A stretch of 64,000 nt of DNA from Vermamoeba vermiformis (Eukaryota): assembly GCA_045837725.1 (NCBI GenBank), contig JBEWZL010000244.1:186001-250000 (forward strand), given 5' to 3'. The notes under the pieces were generated by a model. The model searched no databases. It was not told the DNA's origin and was given only the letters and a program-made list of their open reading frames with translations. The position numbers and the translations under genes are program-made. Within the stretch, counting starts at the first letter, position 1, and every line of letters begins with the position of its first letter. This document shows, piece after piece, positions 25,559 through 40,603 of this stretch.

Positions 25559-26825
25559 TTATTCTTGATTGAGATTAGTGTTCAAATAATTAACAAAGGC
25601 CTCACTAATCTCTTGCAGTGATTGCTTGTTCTGGCGTGCTTGAGTAGTGTACAATTGCTTAGTCAAGCTCAAATATTGACGGCGCACTCGTCGCAGCTCA
25701 GCCAGGTTCAACTTGCGCGTTAGTTTCAGTTTCATATTCGAATTAGCAATCGCAATTTCATCTCCCGGATTTGAGTTATTTTGACGCTCGAGGATGTGAT
25801 TAATGATGTCTTGTGTAATCTTATCAATATCATACAAGTAGTTCACGTCTGATATTGTTTCCTATGCAGATGTAACGTCAGAAAAGTTTGCTTGTCATTG
25901 AACCGGACTGCATCTAACTGCAACTAAATTGCAACGTACCTGTTGTGTGGCGATGGTAGGCAAGTGTTTGAGGGGGGCAGTTAGGGCTTGAATAATCTGC
26001 TCTGTTGGCAGCGCATCCGTCGGACCTACGCGGAACAGTGGTGAGTCCCATCTGTTGCGCTCAATCGGTTCTTCGAAGCGCACATAAAGCTCTGATAGTC
26101 TATGCCATATTTGTGAGTATAGCCGCGGATTATTAGCAGGCATTAAATGCTTACAATTTCTCATCCCACTTCTCGTCAGTACGCTGTGCATTCCATTCGA
26201 GTGTGGTCTCTTGAGGAGCATCACAATACACCTACATAAATAGGAGCGTATGAATATAGGTATGATTTAATAGTAGTCAGTCAAATAAGGCATAGGCAAG
26301 ACGAGACTCGTTGACACAGTGCGAGCGATCTGGATCTGCTACCCACAAGTTTGTATTGTACTCACCACGCACTGAGGAGTGGCTGATGCTCGTGATATGC
26401 AAAATATTTCGTAGCGGAATCCTTTAATGTAGTTGAGTGAATCCAAAATAACGATCGTGTCTTTGCTGATGGCGCGTTCGAGAGCAGATTTAAAAGTGCC
26501 TCGAGTGCTTTTCTCGGCCTTGGAGTCTATGGGGATAGTATTAACATTACTGTGCCTTGTTTCAGTTCCGCGATAATTCTCAAATAATAAAATAAAATAA
26601 AAATAAAATAATTATTCAAGCTTGGGACATTAGATCTAATATTAAAGACGTTATACAAATATAAATATACTTACCAACATATCCTTCATTTTTTTTAATT
26701 AATAGCGATTCCTCATTAATCAGCACGACATCTCGCTTCAGCTCATTTTTAATGTGTTCGTACAACGCCTTGGCGCGTGTTGTTTTGCCGCTGCAAGGGG
26801 GTCCACAGAATACTACTAGAGGCAT
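25559..26825 (-). CDS. KTI12: KTI12 Elongator-associated P-loop protein
   Basis: MPLVVFCGPPCSGKTTRA, IVILDSLNYIKGFRYEIFC, RFEEPIERNRWDSPLF, NYLYDIDKITQDII, LAELRRVRRQY. Confidence 0.93.
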
Positions 26826-27233
26826 TATTGTATATTGGTACTAATATGTTGTGGTAGTGGGACACGATCGCTGCTTCAAAATGGAAATTTCACTCATCGA
26901 TTTGGAGAGATCAGCACATCCTTACAGCGGTTAATGATGGCCGTAGAAGGACTGAATATATACCGAGCCGTTGCGTTGGTTTACTGCCTGCACTGATTGG
27001 CTTGATCCGACCGAGAAATTCCTCCGCAGTTGCGGACTTATCCTCCGAAAGTCTTTATGCCACAAGCAAAGGTGCATATGAACACAACCTCTATTGGATC
27101 CGTCATACTCGCCATACAGGTGTGATTCGCTTCAGATTTCTGTGCAATAAAAACGTTTTTTTTAATTCAAACAAAATCAACTTCGAAATTGACACATCGC
27201 CATTCAACAATTTAATTGTGAGACTAGGACGTA

Positions 27234-30200
27234 ATGGCCGACCCTAGTCATAGCGACCAGGTATGGATTTTAGGTCCAGTATTGATTCTGGAAGATAAAT
27301 TAAATTTCGAATGTGGTCGTAGATGCATTAATTCAAGGCCTATTGCTCACGAATATTGTTATTTATAGGGAGATCATGATAGTGACTCACACTGGAAGGC
27401 AGAATCATCGCGGAAAGGCCTGAAAAAGAGTGGATATTTGCATCTAAAACGTCAGGGATTTGCCAAGCGTAAAAAGTAATTTACAGCGCGTATTACGAAT
27501 ATTTGATAATATTTAGCAATATTGTAGTAATTAATTGCATAATTTAATGAGAAATTAGGTGATGGAATAATATTAAATTTTTAGTTGGCTGTTATCGGTT
27601 TAACTTTAATAAGCTACGCGATCAAATATTGATATAATATGCAATTATCATAATTAAATGCTTTTTTTCCGATTAGTATTAACTCTTGCCTTTAAATAGA
27701 CAATTTTGGTTCGAATATGATCCGATGAGCGAAAGTTTGACGTATTACTCGGAGAATCCTGCCGAGACGCAAAAAGTGCAACTTGTCGGTACATTTTCAC
27801 TGGAAGGCAGCAAGATAGAGTCACATGTAAGTATTGGACGCGATATGGGACGAGATCCGCTAATAATAGGCCCATTCATTTTTGTTTCTGCATTATTACG
27901 ACAAATTTTGGAAATTATCGGCCCATATTTTACTGCAAATTATACAGCGTGCGCATCAGCTTGCAAGTCGTTTGATTCGTTCAAGTGTCATAATCGTGGA
28001 TTGCAGATTTGTGATTTTATTTCCCATTGAAGCAATCCTGTTCACGAGCTCAGCACTAATATTTATAAACGACTAAAATAGGAAACGAAGCCACGACTTA
28101 TTGTCAAAACAAAAAAGACAACATTCGAACTTCAGGCTGCATCTCTCAAAGAACGTGACGAATGGCTACAATTTGTTACGAGCAAGTCGCAATTGAGCGC
28201 GGAGGAATTAAACTTGCAAGAAATGATCGCAGACATGCGCAAGGACCCTGATGCTGCTGCTTACATTACAAGTACGTCAAATTGACTTTGCAATTTCGCG
28301 TTTAAATTGACAGCTGTTACGTGTCAGCATTGGATACTATTATACTTGAGATTACGATACATTATTGCTTGTAATACTCGTTTGCTTGCAAATCTTTTTT
28401 TGCCATCGATCTAGGCAGATGAAACACTCTCGAGATCGCCACTAAAAATAGTTTCGAATTTAGTTGTTTTAAGCGAAACCAATTCTCCGTAGAAATTTAT
28501 ATGATTAACGTCTAGATTTGGTCCTATTAATACAAATCTCTTTATAATCTTTTTGATAATTTTTAATTGACATCGGATGCAGGCATTGAAGGCGCAGCAA
28601 CAGGCGTTGAAGGATTATTACCAAGCACTAGTACTCAGGCACCAGAAAGCAAGTCAGGTTAGTATTCAACACCCCGTATTAATTTGACAGTTAACTAACG
28701 CTCCATCCGTCGAACAGGCGCTTGCGGATTTTTAGATTTCATAGACGATGCTGATTCAGAACCCGCACCAACAATCGAGAAAATCTCTAAACAAAAATCA
28801 GGTAATTAATTGTGTGATTTAAATTAATTAGTTAAATTTGGTGAATCCAAAATCATTGATTCAATTCAAATTACGAATTTAGTAATAATGTGGAGATTTG
28901 GTTTATGACCTTCATACCTAACTTGTTATGATTTGTAGGCACAGAGATATTTTCAATCGAATCGTACGACGTCGGATCAGACAAGAAAGTTGAATTGGGC
29001 AAACTGATAGGCAACACATGCACATTAATAGTATTATTGCGTCATTTTGGATGGTAAGTTGTTATTACGATCGATGCAGCATTAATGACATGCTAATGAA
29101 TGCAGCGTACTGACCAAACAAATGCTGGCGTATTTAAAAGACAAAACAAGTGTCTTAGAAGAGCTGTAAGTGAATATTATTATGATTGGATAGCAACTAT
29201 ATCTAATTCGCTACTAGTGGTCTGCAAATTATGGTCGTGGGTCACGGCAGCATACAAGAAGCTAAAAATATTCGCAAAGACTTGCGCGCCAAGTTGTTGA
29301 TCGATGAAGGCCGCGAATTTTACAAAGCCATCGGCTGTCGCAGAGGGGCGAGTTCGTGTTTGACAGCCAAGTCACTCGTCAGTGTGAAGAAAGCCCTCAG
29401 TGAAGGTCATCGTCAGGGTCCGTTGAGCGGTGGTGATCCAATGTAAGTACTGATCGGCGACACTCGATTATAATAGACCCTCGTGACTGACCGCGCATGA
29501 CAGTCAAAACGGAGGTGTGTTGGTGGTGAGTCAGAAGCACGGCACGATCTTCAAACATATCGAGGAGTACGCGGGCAATCACGCCAATCTAGATCTGCTC
29601 TACTTGCACATGATCAAGTTCCACGATCAACATCCCTTCGACTTGTGGGCCTCAACACAGCTCTATCACGACTGGACGGAGCTCGAGGGCACAGTCGACC
29701 AACAGACTGCGCTGATCAATGCTTCGAACGGCTTTGTCGGCGAGTTTGGCAAGAAAGATGTGGTGGTGCCGAAAGAGCTCGTGATCACTGACAGCGTGCA
29801 GTACTACCGCACTGTGTTCTTGGGTCGAGGTATGACACGCACGCGATACAATGACATCTGTCACTTGTCAAACAACGCTGACTGACTTTGTCTGCAGAGC
29901 ACACTGTACATCTCTACGAGCCCGACAAGGACGATGAGCTCGGACCAGTAGTTGTCGCTATTCGCAATGCATTTGGCGACTATGAACGCAAGGCCCTCAT
30001 CTTCACACAGAACGGCATCATCAAGCGCGTGGTGCCCGAGTACGTGTGGGGCTCTGAGAAAGACATGCTGAAATATCTTTTCAAGAACGTGTTGCACGTC
30101 GATGTCTCGCTGTCTAAGCTGACCAAGGTACGTTCATGAATGCAGATGAAGAGTTGACATCTGACTGACACGTGTCACTGACAGGTCGACGGTGAAGAAG

Positions 30201-32312
30201 TGCGCCAAGAGCTGTGCAAGTTTGAGCAATTGAACGACGCCAAGAACTACAAGTTTGGAGTGCTGTACTGCAAAGCCGATCAGGTCAAAGAAGGCGAGAT
30301 GTACGCGAACAACAAGACCTCGCAAGACTACGAAGAGTTCTTGGACCTGTTGGGTGAACGCGTGGCACTCAAGAACTGGGAGAAGTTTGGTGGAGGACTC
30401 GATCTCGGTCGTAAGTCTTTGCAACTATTCTTATTTCTAAATTTAGTTATTAATGTGACGGACAGCAACGGAATCCACGGGCAAAGAGTCGATTTACCTG
30501 GAAATTTTTGACGACTATCATGTCATGTATCACGTGGCCACACTGATTCCGTACAAAGAAGATGACGAGCAACAAATTGACCGCAAGCGCCACTTGGGCA
30601 ATGACATTGTGATCATTGTGTTCAAAGAGGGCACGCAGAAGTTTGATCCGACTGTCATCAAGTCACAGTTCAATCGTAAGTGTCGCGCGTACCTTGTGTC
30701 TGACGAGTGCTCACCTCTCGTTGTCCAGAACTCTTTTTCGTCGTGCAGAAAGAACAGCGCTACGACGGTGTCTACTACAGGCTGCAGATCGTCAACAAGG
30801 CTGGTGTGCCGCCCTATCCACCTTACTTGCCCGATCCGCCTGTCTTCGTCCGGGGCGATGAGTTCCGCAACTTTTTGCTCACCAAGTGTAAGTACTGCAC
30901 CATTGTCGTAGAAGCTCGAGTTTGACACGTGTCAATCAGTGATCAACGGTGAGCGCGCAACAATCAAAGAGTCGCCAAACTTCAAGCACAAATTGATGGC
31001 TACGCGCAAGTCACTGCTGGGCGAGATTGTCAAGACCTTCTCCAAACCTCGTCGCGGTTCTGGTAAGCTCGACTAATATCCCACTATCCATCCCCAATAT
31101 GTCTCTATCCCCGTATTATGTATGGTATATTTATCGTTGTTATTCGCGTGTTCGCAGCGGGCACAGCATTGAATCTCAAATTGAATGCCGTCACCAAAGC
31201 AGCAGCTGCGGAAGGCAATGCCCCGCCCTCACCCCCGTCCCCGACCACTCCCCTCGCCTCGCCCGGCAGTGATCCCAGCACGCCGGTCACGGGCCGACCA
31301 CCTAAAGTCAAACGGTCCAAATCGCGCAGCAAGATCCGCACGAAAGAGACCGCGCTGACACACCGCTCCTCAAAGCGGACGTTGAACGGTGGCTCGCTGG
31401 CGGTTGAGAGCGAGGAGGTGGTGTCGAATCCGAGCTCACTCGCCGCACCTGGAGCCCTCAACTTCAAGGACGTGGATGAGCACAGTGCTTGAGGACCCTA
31501 TTTATTATATTATATATCACCCCTATTTATCCGAATAACGATCCTTTCGATGCGCGCAGCATGGGACTGAGAGCAGTTGACAGTGTGGCAGGGATGGGGA
31601 GGAGTGTGCCGCGATGTGTTGAGGTGGTGTGTGCCATGTGACAGCAATCGAATCACACTCGTGCCCAATTCTCGTTGCATTTGTCAACCGCGCTCGTGCT
31701 CGTGTTGTCGTGTCGGGGGTCAAATACTCTTGTACAAATATAACCCTATTAATACTGTCTGAAGACATAAATCTATGTACCCCCATATCACACTGTGTAT
31801 CCCTATAGCTGACACGTGATGTGCGTATTAACTCTCGTCTTGCAGTGGTCTCAGCAGTTGAAGGCCGAACTCTCAAGCGCACCTTGTCCACCAAGCTCAT
31901 GCGTCGCAGATCCAGTGCCGCACTGCCCAAACTGTCGCGTGATCAGGAGGGCAAGGAGAGTAACACTGCCGAGGGCTCGTCATCAGCCATGCAGCTCAGC
32001 ATTGCAGCGCTCAAACGAGCCTCATCGCGCAACTTTACAGGCCCGACGAGTCAAGGGGCCTCGCAGTGGAATTACAACCCGCTCACTCCCGCCGAGACTG
32101 CGCCGAGCACGGACAAACTGCCCTCGCTCGAGGCACCAGGCAAGCTCGTCAGCACCAAGACTGATTTGACGCCGCGATCGGGATCTGAAGCTGAGGACAA
32201 AGTGGGTGAATTGCCAAATATGGACATGCCGCGTGAGAAACGACTCAAACCTCGACGACGCACAATGCCGCCACTGACTCGCCACAAGAAAGAGACTGAC
32301 AACTTGCAGTAA
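27234..32312 (+). CDS. PH-domain Rap/Ran-GAP protein (alternative last exons; ends at 31492 or 32312)
   Basis: PH: KSGYLHLKRQG..RQFWFEYD..FELQAASLKERDEWL; RapGAP: YKFGVLYCK..YEEFLDLLGERVALKNWEKFGGGLD, MYHVATLIP..QQIDRKRHLGNDIVIIVF, FLLTKLINGERA. Confidence 0.88.
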
Positions 32313-32492
32313 TCGACTGATTTGGTGGCACATAATCACTTGTAAATTCATTCGAAGAGTTTTTACATTTATTTTTAAGATGGCAATTACATGTAAATAA
32401 ACCGGCGTATTTATAATACCACGAACTGATTGCAGAGCACTCCTCGAGTCATCAATGAAGAATTCGAAATGACACCTGTCAAGCGGTCACCT

Positions 32493-33777
32493 TCAATACA
32501 ACAGATACGAGCGGTGCATCTTTTCCATCACGCGACGCGAGGCAGGCAGCACGTGGTTGTGTTCATGAAGCACGCGTTGCAGAAGACCGTAATCGACACG
32601 TGTCAAATCAACGACCTCGCAGTGAAAGTCTTGTTGCCACCTGTCAAAGTGTCAAACTCAGTGCCGCACGATCAGAGTACTCACTTTATGGCACCCTCAT
32701 AGTCCGTGTCATATAACAACCACACCGCGCGAGTCATTGTTTGACACGTGTCAGCCAAGTGTGTGGCCCAAGTCACCAATCGAATGCGAGTCACGTGTCC
32801 AGCATCAGGACTGCGCAGAATGAATCGCATGACACTTTTGACACGTGCTGTGGTGGCCAAGTGTCGTGCAGTGACACGTGTCGTAGTGTGGTGTCTGTCA
32901 CGTGTCAGTGAAATTCACGCAATGATCGCATTGACTTACGCGAATACATCATTGGATGGCAACTCGAGTGCTCCAGGTACAACAGGTGTCGCGCGGATCA
33001 TGTGCTTCCAAAAAAGGAAGTGCTCCCGATTAGGCAAGTCAATCGTGCCCACAGTGCTCGCACAACACGCGCACATGAGCGGAACATTGATCACGTGACT
33101 CGGCACTGCAAACAGCTCTTGTTCAACGAGCACGTGCTCTTTCCATATTTGGTCACTGTGCACTACCACGCTGTCCGGACCAATCAGAGCACGTCCTGGC
33201 ACGGTGAGCAGTGCAGTGCCGTTCACTGAACGAGAAATCTGCGTGGCACGTGACAGTTTGTTGTGCAGTCCCTCGCGCGTGCAGACACAGGTCCAGTACT
33301 CGAGCAGTTCAGTCCAGTGCTGCGAGGGCATGCCGTTCACTGAACGAATGCTGCGTGCTGACCTGTCAATTGCCTAATTTAGAAAGCCGATTGGTTTTGT
33401 AGTGAACGGAGCACGTACTGTCTTGAAGGGTCTCCAGCGAGTTCAAGACCACAAAATCGGCAATAAATAGTGTGCAGCAGGTCTATATTAGGCAATGGTT
33501 CGTCATCTTCATCGAGTGAAGGCAGATCTGGATTTGAATATTTAATTTTAATCTCGTAATGATCGGCGGCAGGTCTAATTTGCGCTGTATTTGATAGCAG
33601 AGGGTATTGAGGCACGGCTATGAATATATCCGAATATTTCGAGTGCTGCAAGCGGACTTCTATCGCATCAGATCTGATCGTCAAGATCGGTTGTGGTACG
33701 TCACTGGGCGCCACTAGCAGCAGCAGTTGATAGGTGCTCACATTGTGCAGTCGTTCGAACAAGTACCGCGGTGTCAT
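32493..33777 (-). CDS. UBE3D: UBE3D/HECT_2-family E3 ligase-like
   Basis: IYCRFCGLEL, MPSQHWTELLEYWTC (HECT_2 LPS..W.E....W.C motif), CACC, C-terminal LPASRRVMEKMHRSYLLY*. Confidence 0.72.
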
Positions 33778-33927
33778 TGGCGTCGTGTTCGTGCTCGCGA
33801 GAAGTGAAAATTTTTAATTCAACTTCAAGTGACGAGCACTGCCCCACACACGCAGTCATATTCATAGTGTTCGTATTGTTATATTTGTATTTGTATATAT
33901 TTGTAGGATTGGCTATTGTACAGAATC

Positions 33928-35190
33928 ATGGAAAGTATCCTTATTCTATTTTACTAGTAAGAGACTGCGTGTAATTATTCGTGTTAACTTGATTGCAACA
34001 ACCCCTATTATTATTCCTTCATATACATATTTACAGACTACTTGTTTACTCTCAAATTCACCACCAAGCAGTTGGTTAGACAATCTAAAAAAGCAGAAAA
34101 ACAAGAAAGACAAGAGAAATTGAAATTAAAGAAGGTAATTAACCGAAAACGCAATATTATTTTAACAAAAGGATATGATAATTAATTATTTATGGATTAA
34201 TTCCGCTTGGTTACTCAATTACCAAATTTTCGAGATGCTTTTCGAAATTTCCTAAATTTTCTTTTGCTTGTTAACGGCTGTGTAAAGTATTAAGAGTCAT
34301 GTACGTACATATGGGGCTATTTCATGGTCATATTTTACATTCATTTCAAGCTTGGTTATTTCCGTCGAGAATTCTTGACTTTTTCTAGCCACAATTCTGG
34401 CAGCTTTTTTGGCAGTCCCATAATACCTCTGCTATATATTGCGCAATGCCATATTAATCCAATCGCTTGTACTCTATTTTCGAGTGCGGCAGTCAAAAAA
34501 ACAATTAAAAAGCGGATTAGTCGCAGCGTTGACATCAATGCTGATTACACCTTACATGCAACAAAAGCGAACAAACAAATACAAATATTAAATATGACAA
34601 ACACTACAAATTTAAAGTTGCAAACAAAAATCCACAATTACGCTGCCCACTCTTTTTTTTGCTCTGGATCAAGCTAGCAAGAGTGTACTGACTTGGCACA
34701 GGCAATCGAGCAAGGCAATTCAGAGGGTGCTCGTATCTATGCACAGAATGCTATTCGTCAAAAGAACATGGCGCTCAACTACTTGCGTCTCTCCTCTCGG
34801 GTGGATGCGATCGCCTCGCGCGTCGAAACAGCAGTGCGCATGAAGAGTGTTACGCGCTCCATGGCGAATATAGTGCGCGCAATGGACCAGTCCATGAAAG
34901 AGATGAACTTGGAGAAGATGACGCAAGTGATGGACCAGTTCGAACAACAGTTTGAAGACATGGATGTGCAGAGCGAGTACGTGGAGAAGACGATCAATCA
35001 GACCACTGCGCTCTCAACACCGCAAGAGCAAGTCGACACACTGATCGCGCAAGTCGCTGATGAGAATGGCTTGGAGTTGGGCGAACAGCTCGGTCAAGTG
35101 GTGAAGAACAAGCAGCCCGCAGCCAAAGAGAAGAGCGTGGACGAAGAGCACGACGAACTCAGCTCGCGATTCATGAAGCTGAAGAACTAG
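33928..35190 (+). CDS. CHMP1: ESCRT-III CHMP1/Did2
   Basis: ME/NYLFTLKFTTKQL..EKLKLKK/AIEQGNSEGARIYAQNAIRQK..LRLSSRVDAIASRV..MDQFEQQFEDMDV; C-terminal MIM-like DELSSRFMKLKN. Confidence 0.95.
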
Positions 35191-35304
35191 TGTGCTGCGT
35201 GCTCGGTGTTTGTAAATAAAGACTTGTTCAGGTGTAATCAGATTTACAGACTAGTGTACAGCAACAGTATTTCCTAATTAGGTAACATGTCCATATAAGG
35301 CAGT

Positions 35305-38300
35305 TTAGTCCCAGTCAATGGGCGTGTTGTCCTCGCCCTCCTCTTCTTCCAACATGTTCGCACGACGATCAATCAGGGCACGAGCCAGCACTGAATCCGA
35401 ACAGTTAGTTTCACTGAATGACATTTCCTAATTAGGCAACTACTTACCGCTGAGCACACCCTCGTCCTTGAAGTTGCTCGGATCAATTCGCATCTCACTC
35501 GAGGCCTCGACAGGCTTGAGCTGTTGGCCCTGTCTGATGGCATCGAGCAGCGAGCTGGACATGCTGCCACTCGTCTTGTCGCTGGACACACTCGCTGCAC
35601 TGCTCAGCGGGGCTGGGGACTTGGGCGGGGGTGGGGGACTGAGCGAGGGCACTGGTGGGGGTGGGGGCTGTCAACATTTAGTACTGCTGTTTCACTGAAC
35701 GGGCCATCACGTGATCTACTCACCGGTGCAGCAGCCTCCACTTCCTCAGCCTGCTCCAGCTGTTCTTTCAACACTAGCAAGGGGGGTTAGTATGACACGC
35801 GAAGAATTGGAGTGTCAAGTGAGTGACACGCATGACACGTACTGGCAAGCTGATCCTCCAGGGTCTCAATCTTGTCGAGTGCGCGGCTGTATTCGCGGCC
35901 CAATTGATCGTACTTCTGCTGCAGCTCTTGTCGTGCACTGCTGTCCTGCAGGAGTGACTTGCTCGCCGACTGACTCTGCGACAGCTCTTTTTTCACCGCC
36001 AACAACTCGTCTTCAACTGCACGCTTGGCACGCGTCTCGCTCTCTAATTTCTTGGCCCACTGCTCCATGTCCGTGGACAGTCTAATAACCGCGTCAGTAA
36101 GTGAGTGCTGCAATAAGGGAGCAATACGTACTTTTGCTTGAGTGTGGCGAGCTGAGTCTCGTAAGCACGACGCTCCTGTTCGAACTGATTGGTGGCAGTC
36201 GTGTTCTGCGCGTGATGTTGCTGCACCTCAGCGAGCTCAGCTTTGAGCTGTTCGACTTGCAAGGCGAGTGATCGGTTCTTGTCGCTCAGTGTGCTCAGCT
36301 GTGCTTGCTCTTTCTCGCTCTGTGCGCGCAACTGACTGGCACTCTGCTCGCTCTTGGCACGCAGCTGATCGACTTCACTCTGCGCGGCACTGAGCTCTTT
36401 CTGCAGCCTCTGACGCTCACTGCTCTCACTCTGCAGCTGACTCTTGTGCTCCTGACTCGCACTCTGCAGCTGCGTCACTTGTCGCTCGAGCACACTCTTC
36501 TCCGTTCTGCTCTGTTCGAGTTGACTGCGCAGTGCATCGATCTCTTTGCCGTACGACTCTTTCATGCTCGCGACTTGTTGATCGAACTTGCGGCCTGTGT
36601 CTTGCATGGCCTGTGTGCTGCTCGTGGAGGCGAGTTCGAGCTTGAGGGTGAGTGCCTTGACCTCGTCTTGCAGCTGTTTGACGCGCTGCTGTTCTGCGCT
36701 CTTCTCGTGCACAGCTTTCTGCAGTTGATCGCGCACACCATTGAGCTCGACTTCGTGTCGCTGCTTCACTTCACTCAGCTGCGTGGTGCTGCTGCTGGAA
36801 CTGGCGCGCAACTGCTCCAACTGACTGCGCACACTGCGCTCATTCTCTTCAGCACGCGCACGCTTGCTGCTCTCTTCGCCGAGTGCTTTCTTCAACTGCT
36901 CGCGCTCCTTGTCGAGCTCAGCGCGCACACTCTTCAGCTCTTGATCGAACTTGCTGCGCAGTGCTTCAATGTTCTGCGACACACGCGCACCACTCGCTGG
37001 CACGCTGGGTCTGGACACGAGTTCGAGCTCCAGTTCGCGCACTCGCTTCTCAACTTTGCTGCGCTCATCACGCTCCTGTTCGAGTCTCTGTCGACTGTTG
37101 TGTGCCTCGCTCTCTGCACCACTCAGCTTGGCAGTCGTGTCGCGCAGTTGTGCCTGCAGCTGAGCGAGTTGTGCGGTGAGTGACTTGTGGTCTGCTTGCA
37201 AGGTGTGCAGCTGTGACTGCAGTGCCTTGTACTCGCTCTGCAGCGCACTCAGCTGGTACTCGCTCGCACTGGGCTTGACACTGATTGACACGTGTCATTA
37301 GTGGCACTGCATGTGACACTACTTACCTCGCAACAGCGTGTGGTTTCTTGGGCAGTGGTGGCGGTGGCTGTGTGACACTTGGACGCGCAGTGACACTCGG
37401 TGCAGGACTGTGCGTGACACTTGGTGACGGCAGAGGTTTCTTGGTGACACCTGGACTCGCGCTGTGGCTGAACGAGCCCGATGACGTCAGCGAGGCACTG
37501 GATGACGTGGCACTGGGCCCTGGTGCGGATGTGCCTGCAAATGTACCGTACTTCATGAGCTGTGCAATGACACGTGTCAATCAGTGAATTTGGGTGGTGA
37601 CATGTGCTCACGTACCATGATCATTTCCTTTTTAGTCAATCCCCGTTGCCCCATCTTCTTCATCGTCTCATCGAGGTGCTGAAAGAATTTGGCCCATTCT
37701 GGCGGGAGATTTTTGGCGGTCAATTGTCCGTGCGCATCGAAGCCCAAGTGCGAGACATGGACGGCATTGGTGGGTCCAGAGATGACCATGGGCCTCGGTG
37801 CTGCCTCGCTGTCCTCACCCTTCTTCTTCTTGACACTCTCGCTGCCAGTGCGCTTCTTCTTGTCCTCTGTGTGACACCTGTCAATCACTGCACTCCACCG
37901 CACGCGATCAATTACGTACCGCTGCTGAATATGCTGGTGAACTTGTTGCCGATCGAATCAAAGGTGTCCTTAATGGAGGTCGTAGCAGTGCTAATCACAT
38001 TCTTCTCCTTGCTGCGGCAGGGTAGGTCAGATCTGCAACGCTCGAAGCAAGACTTACTCTTTCTTGTGCTTCTCTTCTTTGTTGTCTGTAGGACTCTTCT
38101 TGGTGGACACAGAGGGTGAATGGCCCGTTGATTTTGAAGTTGAGGCAGCACGAGTTAAATTGGGCGAGGATGTGGAGCTAGAAGATTTTTTTTGAGTTGG
38201 AACGGCATTCGACGGCTTCGTAGCTTGCGAGAATGTTGATCCTACTGCGGGTGGTTTATGACTCTATAATTAATAATTTTCCAGCGTCAATTCAGACCCA

Positions 38301-38413
38301 ACGAACAGATTTGAGCTGTTACGTACGTGATCGTGCAGGCAATTTGAGCAGTTTGATTTCTTAAACTGATTGGCTACAAAGTTGTTGCAGCCACACGTAG
38401 AGCACTTGCTCAT
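35305..38413 (-). CDS. WASP-like actin nucleation-promoting factor: N-terminal Cys/His motif, CRIB, long coiled coil, polyproline, WH2-central-acidic tail
   Basis: MSKCSTCGCNNFVANQFKKSNCSNCLHDH; ISGPTNAVHVSHLGFD..LPPEW; ~450 aa heptad-rich region; PPPPP; SLLDAIRQGQQLKPV; LARALIDRRANM; EEEEGEDNTPIDWD*. Confidence 0.82.
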
Positions 38414-38529
38414 ATTTGATAGCGCTACGTGTTGTGCACGACACAGAATTGCAATCGAAATGACAGATGTGACAGGCTTCGATTTCGATGGATTATTGAT
38501 CACTACGAGTTTATTAAGCATGATACGAC

Positions 38530-40297
<1,768 letters not shown>

Positions 40298-40603
40298 AGT
40301 GTTGTCTGTATAAGGAAGAGACTGACTGACCAGCACCACTCGGAAATGTTTTTTTTCGATCTGCGCAGAAAAGTGCGAGGAGAGTTCAACTGACGATATG
40401 ACAGGTGTGACGTGCGGCTATATTTATCGTGTGCCTATGCTAGGGCTGTATGCGACCACACTAGCACGCATATAGGTGAGAGCTTGGTTCTATATGTGTT
40501 ACAGTTTATTCAGCGAGCAGATTCATTGCACCTCTCGCAGCACTCTCGTCATACAATAGGTGCGCTATTACTATAAATCATGCCGTATTATATGGGTGCT
40601 GGC

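Noticed and set aside
36305-37183. Long antisense ORFs (also 47319-48320, 58265-59056, 38897-39658, 24599-25108)
   Set aside because: They are shadows of GC-rich, codon-biased genes on the opposite strand and carry no independent motifs.
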